Assembly (NCBI GenBank): GCA_002633005.1
Contig: NMRA01000092.1
Span: forward strand, 483,940-520,616
DNA length: 36,677 nucleotides
From: Phoronis australis
Lineage: Eukaryota; Animalia; Phoronida
Reading direction: 5' to 3'
Under the pieces are notes generated by a model that saw nothing but the letters and a program-made list of their open reading frames with translations, was not told the DNA's origin and ran no database searches. This document shows, piece by piece, positions 22,068 through 36,420 of this stretch (position 1 is the first letter of the stretch; every line of letters starts with the position of its first letter). The translations under genes and the position numbers were made by a program.

Positions 22068-23856
22068 ACCCATTTGATCACAAAGATACTTAGAAGTCCA
22101 CCATGCAAAAATGATACATCAATGAAGGGATTAAAGGGTTGACCCTTAGGTTAAACATCTTTAAATTATGATTTTAGAGTGCATGCATTATAGAGAAATC
22201 TACTCAAATCAACGTTGAAGCTTACCAGCAACAAGTTCCATGGACAGCCTTGTAGATTTGTGTTGACTATCACTATAAAGAGACAACAACTTTGATTAGT
22301 TGATATGTCTGTGGCAACGCCAACGACAGGTGCTGCTAAAATCTGGCCATTTTCCCTAGCACCTTTTGTTTGTCGAAAAGTGTCACAAATTCATCAAAAT
22401 AACTCTTGCATGAGATGGTCTTCAGCTTCAGCTTGCCTTGGTGTCAGCTATTTGTCTATTTCGGTGATGTTAAAGATATGTTGTATGCTTTAAGAGCGTG
22501 CAATCGGTCAGATTGTTTTTTGATCCCATTACGAGTTATTTGAACTAATACATTTTTGGAAAAGTTCAGAAAAGTTGAGTTCTATACACTTAAACCACAC
22601 ATTTATTGGTTGCTCAGAATAACGTCAGATTTTTAAGACTGCGATATTTTCTAGGTAGCTAGAAAACCTCAAAATGTTTATTGTTGAAGAACGAAATAAC
22701 GAATTGTGGATTTCTGAAAATGGCCTTAAAGGAAATTGGCTTAAAGTGGAACTTGCAGGCTAATTCCTTATCTCTGTGATTGGTTGGTCAAATTAGTTTG
22801 AAACACAAGTTATAGTGATGCTGTGAATATGAAGTAGATCGGAAATTCCCAAATGTTTTTAAGAACGAGTTTTGTGTAAATCATTCAAGTAAGTATGATG
22901 CGGGGGGTGGGTAAGCGAGTCCCCAAAGTACGTCATTATTGCAAAGGTCACCTATTTGCAGAATTTTTTGTTTTCACATTTACAAGTACTCATTGAATAC
23001 AACTGCACTTCGTTTAGCGTAGTTGATGTTCAGATAGCATTGCTGTTTAGTTCCTGCGCTACATCAGCATAGTTAGGAGCATGCTAATACATCTTTGAAT
23101 AGATGCTTAATTATTTAATTATTTCAATACAAAAGCCCGAATAGTGTTATTGTTGGGGGACTCTACTCTTGTCAACATGTGTATTAAGCAAGCATTCAGA
23201 GTTCTTCAAAACAAAGTAGGCTGACTAATGGAAGTTAGATCCAAGTAATGGTGTGCTAATTACTTTTGGCTGGAATCATCTATGGCTTTTGTTTAAGTAC
23301 TTCATTCATTATACACTTCATTAAGAGTGCAGAGATCTTTATTGTGCTTCCGACATGTGTTGTGATGCTATTTGTTCTCCTTTATCAGCTGAGCATATGA
23401 TGCAGATAGCTTGAAGTACTGTTTTATGTACATGGCACATGTTTAAAGTCACAAGAAGAACGGACTGTTTCCCACAGTGTCAATGAACCTAACTGGGTTT
23501 TGCATGTTGTGAAATTGAAAAATTGTTTTTATGCCATTGTCCCTGTCTGGTTTTACATCTAGAGTATCTACTGCTGCTGTATCTCCAAAACCTTGGGTGG
23601 ATATTTTTGAAATTTTGCAGAGATGTTTTTGTCATGGAATGGGATGGCATAAGCATCATATTTCATGAGTTTGCATGGTATTTGTCACACAAAAAAACCG
23701 GTTCACACAGTTGACGGCTTCCTTGTCAGATTCTTTGAATGAAATGCTGTCAAATGTGCGAGCTCGAATTTATAAATGTGACCATATGTGCTTTCCATTG
23801 TTTTTTTTAACACGAATGTTTCTTGGTATAGTCAAAATGTACATGTAACCCATACG

Positions 23857-24327
23857 AGGGGCGGATCCAAGATTTTGAGCTACAGGGGCCAGACCAGAGT
23901 ATTAGCCAGAATTTTGGCCGTCATACATTTTGTATGTCAATTAACCAGCGTTTCTAACGACCCGGAGACCTCAGCCATAGCCAACAAGTCGACAGTTCTC
24001 GAAAAATGTCTGCCTCCAGAGTTCAACTTAACGCAATTTTTGAACTTACACATCATCGTGGAACTGGCCCCATTTCTTTGAAAAGGAATGTTTTCAAAAA
24101 GAGAAAAAAATGATAACACGGTGGGTATCCTCACGTTTATATGTAAGTTGCAAATAAAATATTACAGTTCTTTGTGGCAAACTACAGAAGGATATAGTTA
24201 TATTTTCAAACAATACCGTACTTACTGATATTTCTGAAATTTTTTAAATTGGCGCACGTTTAAACAAGATTTTAAAGCTCAACATCCTTGTTCCCAAAAA
24301 TTAGGCCCACTCTGCATCCACGGTTGT
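23857..24327. mobile_element. degraded GGCGGATC-type MITE, similar to the one at 2779
   Basis: Starts aggggcggatccaagatttt...ggggcc and ends ggcccactctgcatccacggttg. Confidence 0.35.
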
Positions 24328-25032
24328 CAAGACGTTCCTCACAATTTCGTTATGGCTGAACTGTTGGAACTCTTTAAAATCCTTTTAAAATAGCATTCCC
24401 TGTCCATTGTCCGGGAAGCCCCATGACAGCATTGTAGGGGGTTCTGAGCATGTGAAAACATGTAGCTTCTTTGTTAACTGCCAAGTACACTCTTTTGTCT
24501 GTCATGACAACAAGCAGGCCAATTATCTACCAGGCTTATTACAGACCACCTGTGAACACAGTCAAACTCAGAGTTAATTGGTGTATTCGGAAAGAATAGA
24601 TTGGGCGATTTTGGCGATTCAAAAACTAAACTTGATCACCATTTGACGAAGATTCCAGAAATGCTATTGGTTTATGTTCAGATATGTTATAACTTAACTT
24701 TTGTTTTTAACAGCACAGCCCAGTCAGGGAAGATATGATCTTATTGGAGATTAGAGCAATTATCAAACAAAAGACAGCTGGCCCTCCAACCATTAATGCC
24801 AGACTGGAGTTAATCAGTAGGATATTGGCTACAGGGTTAAACTTCCAAACTTGTTGTTGGCTATAGAATCGAACAAGATGGGAGCAACGGGAAAACACCG
24901 TATTGCTGGTTAAAACATTGAACCATAAATGAGATGATTTTAAATTCTTTGAGAACCATTATGTATTAGCACTTTGCTAAACATTTAATGTGTATATTGC
25001 ACTTTGTCCCATTAAATAAATTCAAAAAATTA

Positions 25033-25130
25033 AAATAATGATAATAATAATGATAATGATAATGAGTAATAGTAGTGAAACTATTAACAGTATTAATAGC
25101 AGTAATGTAGTAGTAATAAAAATGATAATT
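25033..25130. repeat. degenerate (AAT/GAT/AGT)n microsatellite
   Basis: aataatgataataataatgataatgataatgagtaatagtagt and continuation. Confidence 0.8.
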
Positions 25131-25155
25131 TTTAGCCAAATCCATGCCCTGTCAG

Positions 25156-25435
25156 CCCAAAGGGTATTCCTTTAGAAGAGGTATACGAAAAGTGCCCCCC
25201 AAAAGTTGTTTTTTCATAGTAAAAAATACTCTCCAAAATGGTGCCATTTTCGACAAAATACTGTATAAAAGAGTGGCTTCCCCTGAATTTCTGGAACAGA
25301 ACTGTGTGCAAAATTTTTACACAAAATTACTTTCCAAAATGGGTCACTTTTTTGTCTGAGCCCACTCTGTAAATGGGTTGGTTTCCAAATTTTGCGAGCG
25401 GCACCCCTCGTTCAAAAATACTCAAGAACCCCCGG
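25156..25435. mobile_element. degraded CCC(G)GGG-ended MITE
   Basis: Starts cccaaagggtattcc...gtgcccccc and ends gcacccctcgttcaaaaatactcaagaacccccgg, with internal spaced GGGT/ACCC-like motifs. Confidence 0.35.
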
Positions 25436-25496
25436 CCGTGTCAGATACCACTTGTTCGTGATTTTAGTTGTTTTCTTTGTAATATGATGTTGGTTT

Positions 25497-25665
25497 TGTA
25501 AAATGTAACAATGGTACATCTCCCATTTGCATTCCATGTCAAATGTAACAATTACGTAAAATGTAATAACTTGTTACATTTTAGGAGAGGCTTAGCAACA
25601 TAAAATGTAATAATGACATAAAATGTAACAGTTGTTACAATTTACGATATTGTTACATTTTACAG
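25497..25665. repeat. cluster of AAATGTAA(C/T)A motifs in both orientations (transposon-end-like)
   Basis: About five direct aaatgtaa(c/t)a copies and three inverse tgttaca(t/a)tt copies within 170 bp. Confidence 0.7.
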
Positions 25666-28324
25666 ATATCAATGCCCCATAGTGGTAATTTTGTTATTGC
25701 CTGTGGCTCAATATATAGCAAGTTTCTTTATGGATCTTCATTAAATTTGGTAAGTAATTGTTTCTATTGAGAATTCAAATTACTGATATGTATTTTGGGA
25801 CAATTTGAGTGCTCCGTGGTCCATTTTTGGCAATTTTTTTTTGCATTTGTCTTGATATATATAGTTCTTTTGTGGATTGTTCATTGAATTTGGCAGAGAT
25901 ATTATATCACATAGATGAGGGCGCCCATCTCATTTCAGGTGGATTTGACCTACATGATGGGGCCAGGTGTCCTTTTTGTTTGTCTATTGTTTGGCGTCCT
26001 GTCGGTCTCCCTATCCAAACTCTTTTAAAAATCATGATGAAAGGTGGCAGGTGTGTTCTTGTTGAGAGTCAGGACTGCTGATTTTTCTTCCACCCCCTAG
26101 AGGCTAATTTATGTTTACTAGCATTGGTCCACTTAGTGGAACCTTTAATAATGATCTCTTGTATTTGTGTGTTATGCATAATGTAGCCTATGGGTGGTGG
26201 GCACTTATCAGTGCTGCTCCAGCCTTTTTCTTGTTATGCTCATTCTTGAGATTGTTTGGCGTACGCTGTTACTGTGTACCTGGTAACTGAGGAATTGAAC
26301 TTAAGTTACTAACACATAGCAAAGTGTGAGAATATTTCAGCTCATAAATGTTTGTGTGGCTAGTACTGGAGAGCTGTTACTAAATTTGACAATGTGTAGT
26401 AAATATTTGATAATTAAACGGAGATGGCTGTTTTTGAAATTTTTGCCGTTCTTCCAATTTTCAACTGACTGGAACAGCTCTGTGTGAGTTTGGCATCAAG
26501 AATAATTTGAAACCAATTGCCTGTGGCTAATGGTCATGGATTCCAGCTAAAATGCTCAATCCTAAAATTTTAATACCATTATCTTGACCCAAAATTGATA
26601 CTTGTACATTTTTATTTATACCTAAGGAACAAGTTTTGTTCAGATGCTTCAAGACACATCGAGGGTATTATCCATTGCTTCCGAGTAGTTCAAGCTAGGA
26701 CTGATAATACTAAAATAGCGTATCTGTTCACCCATGTCTTTGTGACACCAGAACAGCTAGGTTGTATGATTACTAGTCAAGAGGTCTACCTGGATTTCTC
26801 CATTGCCTTTCAGTTGGTGAATGTAATACGTGGGAGCGAATGGATGTTGATGTAGTGTCCTCTTTCATTATGCTTTTCCAACATTAGCGAGCTGCTCATC
26901 CGTGACTGATGTCCATGTAGTTTAACAGTCTCTCAAGTTGTACACCATGCGTAATTAAGCAATGGGAATAGCTGTAGGGCTGGCAACTTTACCCAATGGA
27001 ATTACTTCTGCTTTCTACATGCCTCGAGTTCACATTTTTGCCCCCCTCCCCCCACCTCTCCCCCGTTGGTTCTCCTGTTTCCCATACCCATTTGTTATCA
27101 ACCCTTTTGTGTAAGAGCCAAGACGTTAGAGACTGCAGATGCCCTGTTAATAAAGGTCGTAAAACCAGTAATGTCTAAGACTGTCGTTGGCAAACCTGGC
27201 ACTGCATTTTATATAAGTTAGAGCAAAACGTTGCATCTGACGTTATGCTCAGTCGCATCAAATCTCACACAGCTCGCCTCGCAGTAGGATTCTCATGACT
27301 TTAACTTTGACCTTTGGCCTTCTCAACCTCGGGCATTCCAGATTTTTTTCAGATTGCTTTTTAAAGTGCAATTTTGTTAATATGAGCTTAAAATTATGAT
27401 TATCAACACTAGTGATCCCATAAGTTTAACACTTCCTCTCAGCAGTATGGTAGACAAAGTTATGTCTGAATGAGCCAATCAGTGACGGGCTTACATAAAT
27501 CTGCAAAACAAGATGTTGGCCAGTTATGAACGAAATCGAGAAGCGATCTAAATGAGGCCACTGTGAGACTATTGACAGGTTAATAAGTAATCAATTTAGG
27601 AAGCAATATGTTGGAAGATGTATAAAATTTTATTTTCTCAAGTCTCTGTAAAAATACGTAGCACTGGCCTTACCATGTGTTCAAATTCTGTATTTCAGAT
27701 ACCAGTAGACAATATTTTGAAAAAATATATGCATTCACAACAATGTTTGAAACATTTGGAAGTGACAAAAGGCTAAATTGACAATTATTTTTGTCTGAAA
27801 TCGGTGAAGTTTTATTGTAAAATCAAAGTTGTGACCATCTTAGCTAAGCCAAACTTATGACCCTTTGTAAACCTGAAGCCCCAGATGTATCTTCTGGTGT
27901 GCGTTGGTGTTGGCCTGGTATTTTTTGTTATCAAACATTAGCACCTTGGCATGGGTTTGTTCTGGGTAGTCAGATATGTGTGAGAACGAGTATCTCAATA
28001 TACTATACACTGAGGCTTTTTATTAGTTAAAGATTCTTTTTAAGATCTGAAATTTAAGTTGTCATAAGAAGTTGCCAAAGGAGCACTGCACCACACACTG
28101 GTCTTTTTATTGACTTAAATTAGCAGTCCACCTCCCCAGCTTTTCGATTTCCAGCAAAAAGTAAGATAAATACTTCTGTATATTATCATTAATGTTGACC
28201 AATGTATGTTTCTAGAGATAATGAATGACTGCTCTAGATGTGGCATGTTGGTAACATTGTTTCGTTTATGTTGAACTGAGTTAAGATTTGCCATGTGTGG
28301 CCGGGCAACTGCCTGGCTAAGGTG

Positions 28325-28479
28325 AAGCGCCCATGTATGGGTAAGCACCCATGTTTGTGTTTGTACCCACCCTTAATTTCTTGAAATTTGAGCACCCATC
28401 TCTGTGTTAAGCGCCCACCCCCAAATTTGCAGGATCGCCAATTTAAGCACCCAGGGCATTAACCCAAATGTTTAAGGTA
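28325..28479. mobile_element. end of a pogo/Tc1-like MITE with AAGC(G/A)CCCA repeats
   Basis: Five AGC(G/A)CCCA motifs end in tttaaggta. Same motif family as 1-100. Confidence 0.5.
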
Positions 28480-29380
28480 CATCATTGATTTCTTTAATAC
28501 AGACATAAAAGATTATACAGTACAGTAATAATTTGTAACTAGACGCCAAAGGCTTTTCACTTCTCTGATCACTGCTTAATTTTTCATTTCTCTTCACCAA
28601 CGAATTAAGACCAAATATAAGTGATTGACAGATTGTTAACAAAGCTTCAATCCAGTGGAATTGACACAAAGTATATGAATAGGGTAGAGCATCTATTCAC
28701 ACAAAAGTATTAAGCTAGGGAAATGTCATCTGTAACCATAACATGTACAGATAAAAATTCTTTGTTAAGGCAGTCTAATGATGAACAACTGCTTATGAAT
28801 TCTAACTTCATCGTTTCGGGAATGAGAAAGAGGCTCTGTCATTTTTCAAAGTGTCTTTAAATGCAAAGAATATTCTTCAAAATTGTTTCATATATGCATA
28901 TGTTTATGTTTTCCCAATTTCGTCACTCAAAGGGAGAGCAGCAATTGGGGTCATCAAGAAAGAGCTAAGCAGTTTCTAGTTAGGTTTTCTTGAACATACC
29001 TGTGTTAGACAATTATGTAGGCTACATGTTAATACTATGGTTTTTAAAAAGGTTTCGGATGTTCAAAGGTGTATGTGTATTACAGATCGTTTTTGGTTTT
29101 TGGTATTGCTTTTCGTCAAAATATCCTCTTTCTTCAAAACAGTCTTTAAAACCTTTCTGTGCAGATGATTTCTATCCATTCCCACAATGCAGTTCACTAA
29201 GTAAAAGGCAATGTGTATTGTAATTCTCATTGCTTTACTATTTCCAAATATTTTAAGGTTGCTTGTTTATTTTTGTGATTTGAAATTTTTTTGTACTGTA
29301 TTGGAGAACAAAACGTTATGGAAATGGTTTTGTGAATTTTTGATGTAAACTGTGGGGTATTTTTGAATCTCGTGTAAGAA

Positions 29381-29710
29381 ATGCACGTGGCTGTGGACAT
29401 TGAGTCAAGTATACACGTGGCTGTGGACATGGAGTCAAGTATGCACGTGGCTGTGGACATGGAGTCAAGTATACACGTGGCTGTGGACATGGAGTCAAGT
29501 ATACACATGGCTGTAGACATGGAGTCAGGTATGCACGTGGCTGTAGACACGGAGTCAGGTATGCACGTGGCTGTGGACATGGAGTCAAGTATACACGTGG
29601 CTGTAGACATGGAGTCAGGTATGCACGTGGCTATGGACATGGAGTCAGGTATGCACGTGGCTGTGGACATGGAGTCAGGTATGCACGTGGCTGTGGACAT
29701 GGAGTCAGGT
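29381..29710. repeat. 30-bp minisatellite, 11 copies, consensus ATGCACGTGGCTGTGGACATGGAGTCA(G/A)GT
   Basis: Exact 30-bp period with no spacers. Variants are almost all transitions. It accounts for the three repetitive ORFs at 29227-29743. Confidence 0.98.
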
Positions 29711-32700
29711 GTGGCAGTTCTTCACTTATTTTGCACAAAATAATTTAAATATAATTTATATATAACTGTATGGAGTATGAATATTATATAGACTTCATGG
29801 TTGAAGGGTGTGTGAGATTAACTGAGTAAGGTCCATCTCATGAGATAACCCATGTCAATGGATGAATAACTTATGAACAAACCGAGTTCAGACCTTATTA
29901 ATACAGTTAAAGAGGTGTGTAATACTAATAATAAAGCTTTGACTTGCCATTCTCCTAGGTGCAAAAATTGAAGGTATGCGAATATGTTGAGACAAAATAT
30001 TCCCACTAGTGAAATGGCCTCGTGCGAAATAAGTGGGGGACAAAATATTATTTTCCAAAAAATGTTGAGTGTGTGAAATGAGAAGAGTGTGCTAAATATG
30101 TGGACAGTTACTGTATTGTATGAGGAATATTGATTATGATCCTAGAAAATGTACTGTTACAGTTGTGCACGATGCTTTGGACAGGTTTTAAATCTTTCAA
30201 ATTACTAACTCAGTTGCATTTGATGCAGAATCCCATTCAATGTAGGGGCTATGGCTGAAGGGACCGTTTCCAAATTTTTTATTTTCATTTATTTTCATCT
30301 CACAGCAGTTGTGTCTGCTGTCAAAAATGAAGGCTTGAGGCATTTGTCAAAGAGGAATGATGTCGTTGTTGTTAGTCTGTAAATTGTCTATTCAAATTCG
30401 TCTTCGATTGATTTCCTTTGAAAGCTTAATTTTGATGAAATAATTAGGTGCTTATGTGTCCTGTCCATTGGTTTATTAAGCATGCATTATCGGTCATTAG
30501 AACTCTTTCTTTCATGTCTAAGGTACGACACTGATTTCCTTGTGTTCATGTACTCAAAGTGGCCCTTAAAAACATTACTGCTATACAGTGATTTTGCTAT
30601 TTACAGAGCTCTTGAAAACACCTCCCTATGCTGGGATTTCATCTAGCAGACATCACTCAGTGATCAAGCAACAAGATAGTTGTGGAGTTTTCAACATGGC
30701 AATGGCAGACTCCTTGTAAAAAACTGCGCTGTTTGGTGCAGCTTAGTGTTGACGTACCGAAAAACTCTTTAATTCCTTTGTCAAAACAATTTGTTGCCAT
30801 TACAAGCAATTTTTGCCTCATCTTTCCACAGATCAGTCCATCTGTGTAACTCCAGTCATTGGCCTTTTTTCAGGGAACTTTCCCTACCTTTACTATTGCC
30901 TTAATCCATTTATCTTTCCCTAGTAATTGCTTTTTGAATGCTTGTATTGTCACAGGACATGGGTGACATGTGAAGTGTGTGTACAATCCTTTGCTATTTC
31001 TTATACCTACTGTGTACCATAAGATGAAGGTGGGATTTTGAACATTCTCCTTTTATTGGGGTGGACACTTGCTTCAATTCCAATCCTGTGCGGTATTGTG
31101 TCTTTGGTCATTTAAGTTATATTGATCTCATAAATTTGGAACATGAAATTACTACTAAAACCAGTTTCAAGCAGGTTAAGGTTGTGTCAGATGTGGCCAC
31201 CATTCTAACTCGAATATGAAAAAACTAAGCTTTGTCAGTGAGTAAAAGTATATATTTTATGAAAGAATGAGGTCAAAGAATGTAAAAATATGTTTTATAT
31301 GTATGTTCCATTATTATTATTGCGTTAACACCTTTTTAGTCAATACATTTTAAGAAAGGTACATTCATAACAAAATAACCTCTCAGTCTATTATAATGAA
31401 ACTCCTTTTAAATGAAAACTTGATCAGTTGCCTCAAAAATGCTGTTAAGATTTCTTGATTAGTCTTTTCGTTTGGTTTCTATGACAAATCAACTCACGAC
31501 ACCTAAAATATTTTTGTAAAAAATTGAAGTCGTATTGGTCTGCATTTAATAATGCAAAAACTAGGCTTTTATATCGAAAATCCTAATTGCGTTTTTGAAA
31601 TTGATGAGTAAATATTGAGTTTGTAAAGTTTCAACGAAATCCACCTAGCTGTTTTCGAGAACTGGTGTTCCTAAGCTCTAGTTAAGTTGATTTGCCTAAG
31701 CCGAGAGAAAAACCAATTGAACTGGGATGAGTGAAAATCTCAGTCTTCGGTTAATTATTTGGTGAAAGCTTGTGGTTTTCAGTAAATATAATGGTATACA
31801 TGTCTTAAACCAAGTTAGCTATTCCAACATTCATTCACTATGTCAACTGAATTTGCACTGCGTAATTCAGTCAATTATTGCTAAAACATACTATCCCCAG
31901 CCAAGAGGTGGGATCAACTGTTACTGTTGGTTGACCCAATTAAAAGTAGGTCAACAGTGCATTGTTATGCACATCACGTGCCAAGGGATTGATACAAAAC
32001 CAAGTAAGAAACGGGTAACAGAAATTGAATCGGTGGTTAAAGCCCGTCGTTAGCGTGAGAGCGAAACAGCGAAACAGCGAAATGTGAGGATTCATTTCTG
32101 TTCACAGCTTACTGTGTTCACAACCAGAGAGGCATGAGGCGACTCGTAGCATTCATTCTCATGTAGACGCATAACTCCCTCAGGATCAAAACTACGTTTC
32201 GTCTCGTTATCCGTGGCACCAATCTATCATATATGTACACCTCGTCGACTCAATATTATGGTGATTCGGTGAATGAAAGGACTGAGAGTACATATGAAGC
32301 TGCTTTGTACCTGGTGGGAGATTCGATTTGAGTAACAGCCCTGTAACCTTTGACCTCGGATAAGTGGTAAACAAATATCCAGGCGGTTGTGCAGTTCCAA
32401 GGTGGTTCTGCTAAATCTTTTTTTCTCGCTATACGATATATTTTGTATTTGAAGTTCTCCGAAAATGAAGATAAGGTATTTTGCTAGACACGTGAAATAT
32501 TGTAAAATGGCCACTTTTGTGAATAAGGTTTGAAACAACCTTAACACGCCAAAATACCTCCTATGACTTTTAATCGCTGATTTACATTAGTGCAAGTGTG
32601 GCAAATAAAAAATATCAGTTTGGTGACTTCGTAACTTGAATTAGTGTGATTGTTGAAAACCCAATCAAAACAAAGCAACAATCATCACTGACAGACTTGA

Positions 32701-35700
32701 AATGTGCTCACTCACTCACTTCTGTTAGAAACACACAAGGCATTGCTGCCTTTTAGGCAAAAATCAGTTGTTGCAATATATGGAATGGAAACCCTGATCC
32801 ACCTCGACTGTGTTCAGCATAAAACTGCTGATATGTGGACTCAAGGTACTCTGGGTTTCCTTATTTGTTGACACTATGGTACAATGTTGTGTGTTATTTG
32901 ACGCTTTCAAAGAATATTGGTAAAAAACATTTTGACCACTTCAGCTAATGCAATACACAAATTAAAAGATTATTGCATTTTTGTTCCCAAATAAAATGGC
33001 AGTTAACCACAAACTCATCCAGCAACCCTTTTGAGCACCGAACACAACAGAAATATCATTAAAAGCTCTGATCGGCACTCCATGGCACCTTGTACATCGT
33101 GAATAAATTTGTGCAAGAATCGCGAGTGTAACCAACTATCCTAGTCACGAACACTAATAAGTTCCTTTTGTGCGGAGAAGGACAGGAGACGAAAAAGTGA
33201 CGTCACGGTATTGAGATAGTTCAGGAGAGTCCACCTTCTTGGTTCTAAATCTTCCCAGTTCTCATTGGGAATCGTGTTAGGTAAAACTTTTTGACTGGAA
33301 AATCATCTGTAAATCTCTGTTTTAGAAATAAGACACAGTCATTATGCTCAGATATTGTCGCACGTGCTTCAAGTTTTAAAAAGTCTATGTTACTTTAATA
33401 GAATTTTGCCCATTTGAACAAAATGTATCAGTGCAAGTAAATAGGCTGCAAGCATAATGTTTGTTTCCAATTTGGAGTAATTGCTAGCGGGTGTGACGTA
33501 ATCACTTTCCATCTCTTTTACCCATTAGTAATTACTGGCAATAAAACATTTTTGTTCCATTGGGTTTTCCAAACTCTTTGAAGCCCTGATAGATAATTGG
33601 CTTGCCTGTCTCATGATATGGGCAAAGGACTGCCAGATGGCTTAGTAATGGACTAGATTGATAAATGTTTTTGGAAACTAATGTCATTTTCCCACCAATT
33701 TAAATTGATACTGGCTACACTAGCTTGACATAAACTAGATAGGTTCCCATTGGCTTCAGCAGTTTACAGATATCGGAGTTGTCGCTATATACAGCAACTT
33801 GTGTCTGTGTCTAGGCTTAGTTGTTAAACCCACCTGTTCACTGCAGGTAAACTTGAGCAGTTACCCTTGATCCAAAACCGAATTTAATTGTTCCCACTCA
33901 TGTGGAACATATCCTGCATCACAACTGGGTTTTATTCACATTCTGTCAACCACAGCTCATATTGTGAATTAGTGATGCATATAATTAGCTTAATAGCTCA
34001 AAGGTTTTTGTTGACAAAACTGCTATTACTTGACAAATTTTGAGAGTTCAAGAACCCACAGTATAATTTGTACATCTTTGCTCAGATTTTATTGTTGCCA
34101 TCAGTTTTCAAATCCGGAAAAGAAAATGGAAAACTGCAGCCAGGATGTTTTCAAACCTTTTATTTAGATATGATCTGATAAGAGACAGTAATTACAGTGC
34201 CCTCACTATATCACTGGAGTAGGGTCACTCTTATTGTTGACTAGTCCTGCATTGAGAATGGAATGTAAATAAAACTGGTTGGGATGATCACCTGACATTA
34301 GAGAAATTCAAAAGATTTCTCCTAATCGATCATTATCTCTGTAAAGTGGAAGTTGCAAGCATGCCGAACAACTTCTCCTAAAAACTGAGGATGTCGGCAT
34401 TAGTGAGAAAACATTGAAGGTGAAGTATGTTTGTAATGATTACAATTTTGACTGAAAGAATTGTTGATTTCCATAAATTCTTGACATTTCCCATTAATGC
34501 TGGGGAATCTACTCTACCTTCTCATTTGTTAAATATTCCTTGAAGGGTGTTGTAGTAAAAAGCTATACAGGAATTTCACCTCAATATCTTGAAGTAAAGG
34601 ACAACTAGTTATGCAAAATAGGTGCTTGTGGTGCAGGAAGAGAGGTCGTTTTGTTAGACAAAAACGATTTCTTACTGTTACCAAGAAATGAATCTTCGTC
34701 CTCAAAATACTCTCTTTTCTAATATATGTCTGTAATACCGTATTTGTCTAGCTTAGATCTGTTGCTACATTGCATTTGTTTATTGTAAGATTTACATCAG
34801 GGTGTCCACGAATCATAATCAAGTTTTCCAGGAAGGTGAATCTTCAATGAAAATGTTTTACCATTGAATGATCAAAAAATAAGAAAGAATTGACGGGGGG
34901 GGGGGTTCAGGGTGGTTTACCCAGTGTCAACGTTATCTTGAAGCTTTTAAGGCACTGGTTTTATTAGAGAAATTAGAAAAGATAAAGAAAATGTTTTATA
35001 ACATGTTGAATTGTATGATTTTAGAGGAAACCAAACCAGAACTTTAGCTTGTCTCATTTCAAAATGCTCACTCTTGCTGTGCTAAGGGAACAACCAAAAA
35101 CTAGTGAACTACATCAGTTTAGTTTGTTCAACAAATCTAGTAATTAAAGTAATGCAATAGGCCAGATTTGTCCTAGAAGTCTGTCATATTTCTGACACCT
35201 AATTGTTTTATGTTGTTTTTGTCCATGATGTTGTTGAATATATGCAATTTTATTACTTAAGATTATTGGTGTTTGTTATCTTCCCACAAGACAATATTAC
35301 CAGTGTGCTGTTAACTGTGAAGTGGTCTTTTATCAACATTAGGTAACAACTGGTTAGTGTCTCAACAAGTGCTAGTTGTTAATTTACCATGTTTTGTCAA
35401 CCTTCTGGCTCATAGGATTGACGTTTCTCTAATAGGAGGTATTTTGTTCAAGTTTTTGTTCAGCATATTCGCTACAGGGAGCAATTTATTCCAGTTCACA
35501 GATTTCCAAAACTATTGTGTTTATCAGTCAGAAAGGCTTATTAGAAGAACAGTTGCATGCCAGGATTTTCCTTTTTTTGTTATTTATTGACTGTTTACAT
35601 TGGGAGAATTGTCAACATTTCTGTTTTAAAATTACCGAGAAATAAGTTTGATAAGAAACAAAACCAAAGGAAAACATTCTGTGCATCTATATTGAGCATA

Positions 35701-36273
35701 ACACAACTGTTTCGAATACATCTCGGTAACGACGCACCGACACAAAAAATAGGTTTTAGGCCACTTTTTGGAAAAGTAATGTTTTGGTGTTCCAAAAGTT
35801 GAAACGTTTCATTAGTCGTTCAGAACACTATTAAAATGCTTACAGCAAAATATGTGAAAATCTTGTTGATTGGTAGTAGAGAGAACTGTACCAAACACGA
35901 AACGGAACTTTAGACCTTAAAGTCAATCCTGTCAATCTTTAAGGCACTGTGTATACTTATCGTTGTCGTTGGAGTAATCGCAGTCATTGTTTCTCATTCA
36001 TTTCATTAAAAATAGGTCTAAATCTTGAAATTTGTACTGTTTCGATCTGCCAATCACATTTAACTCTTATTCTTCCACTGGTCAAGGCTGATTGGATATT
36101 TTCATTTCATTAGTAACAGGCTGGATTGAAGCACAAGTTAAAAAACACATGCAAGAGATGCATTTATCTGTTTTGCGGCCCAGAGAATGGGTGTTGCATC
36201 ACCCAGCTTGTGCTTCGTGCAAGAACCCTTCTGCTACTTGCGTTGTAATTTAAAGGGTGCGACGACTATTAAT

Positions 36274-36420
36274 CAGGGCTTGGAATTTTCCGCGGAAACG
36301 CGGATTTCCGCTTTTTTGAAATATGCTTTCCGCTTTTTTATAATATTTCCGCGTAAAAAAATCGGATTTGATATGAAATTTCCGCGGCAAATTCCTTTCT
36401 TACCGCGGCGTTGCAGACGA
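36274..36420. mobile_element. left end of a hAT-like element that continues toward or beyond the window edge
   Basis: CAGGGCTTGGAA terminus followed by about five TTTCCGC subterminal repeats. It is CpG-rich relative to the flanking intron, which suggests recent insertion. Confidence 0.55.

Noticed and set aside
23326-23400. Transmembrane-like stretch EIFIVLPTCVVMLFVLL, with similar stretches near 27886 and 35943
   Set aside because: Each is closed by an in-frame stop before any usable donor, and T-rich DNA yields such stretches by chance.
29381-29710. CRISPR array or repeat-protein gene (HVAVDMESGM / STATCIPDSM ORFs)
   Set aside because: Units are contiguous with no unique spacers, there are no cas genes, and the context is eukaryotic. 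The ORFs arise from a 30-bp stop-poor unit.
30306-30370. Strong acceptor followed by VVSAVKNEGLRHLSKRND, loosely like the cytoplasmic SAIQKSTKELRDMSK segment
   Set aside because: The similarity is short, the phase (1) differs from the vertebrate exon as I recall it (2), and no transmembrane exon precedes it. A quick RNA-seq check would settle it.
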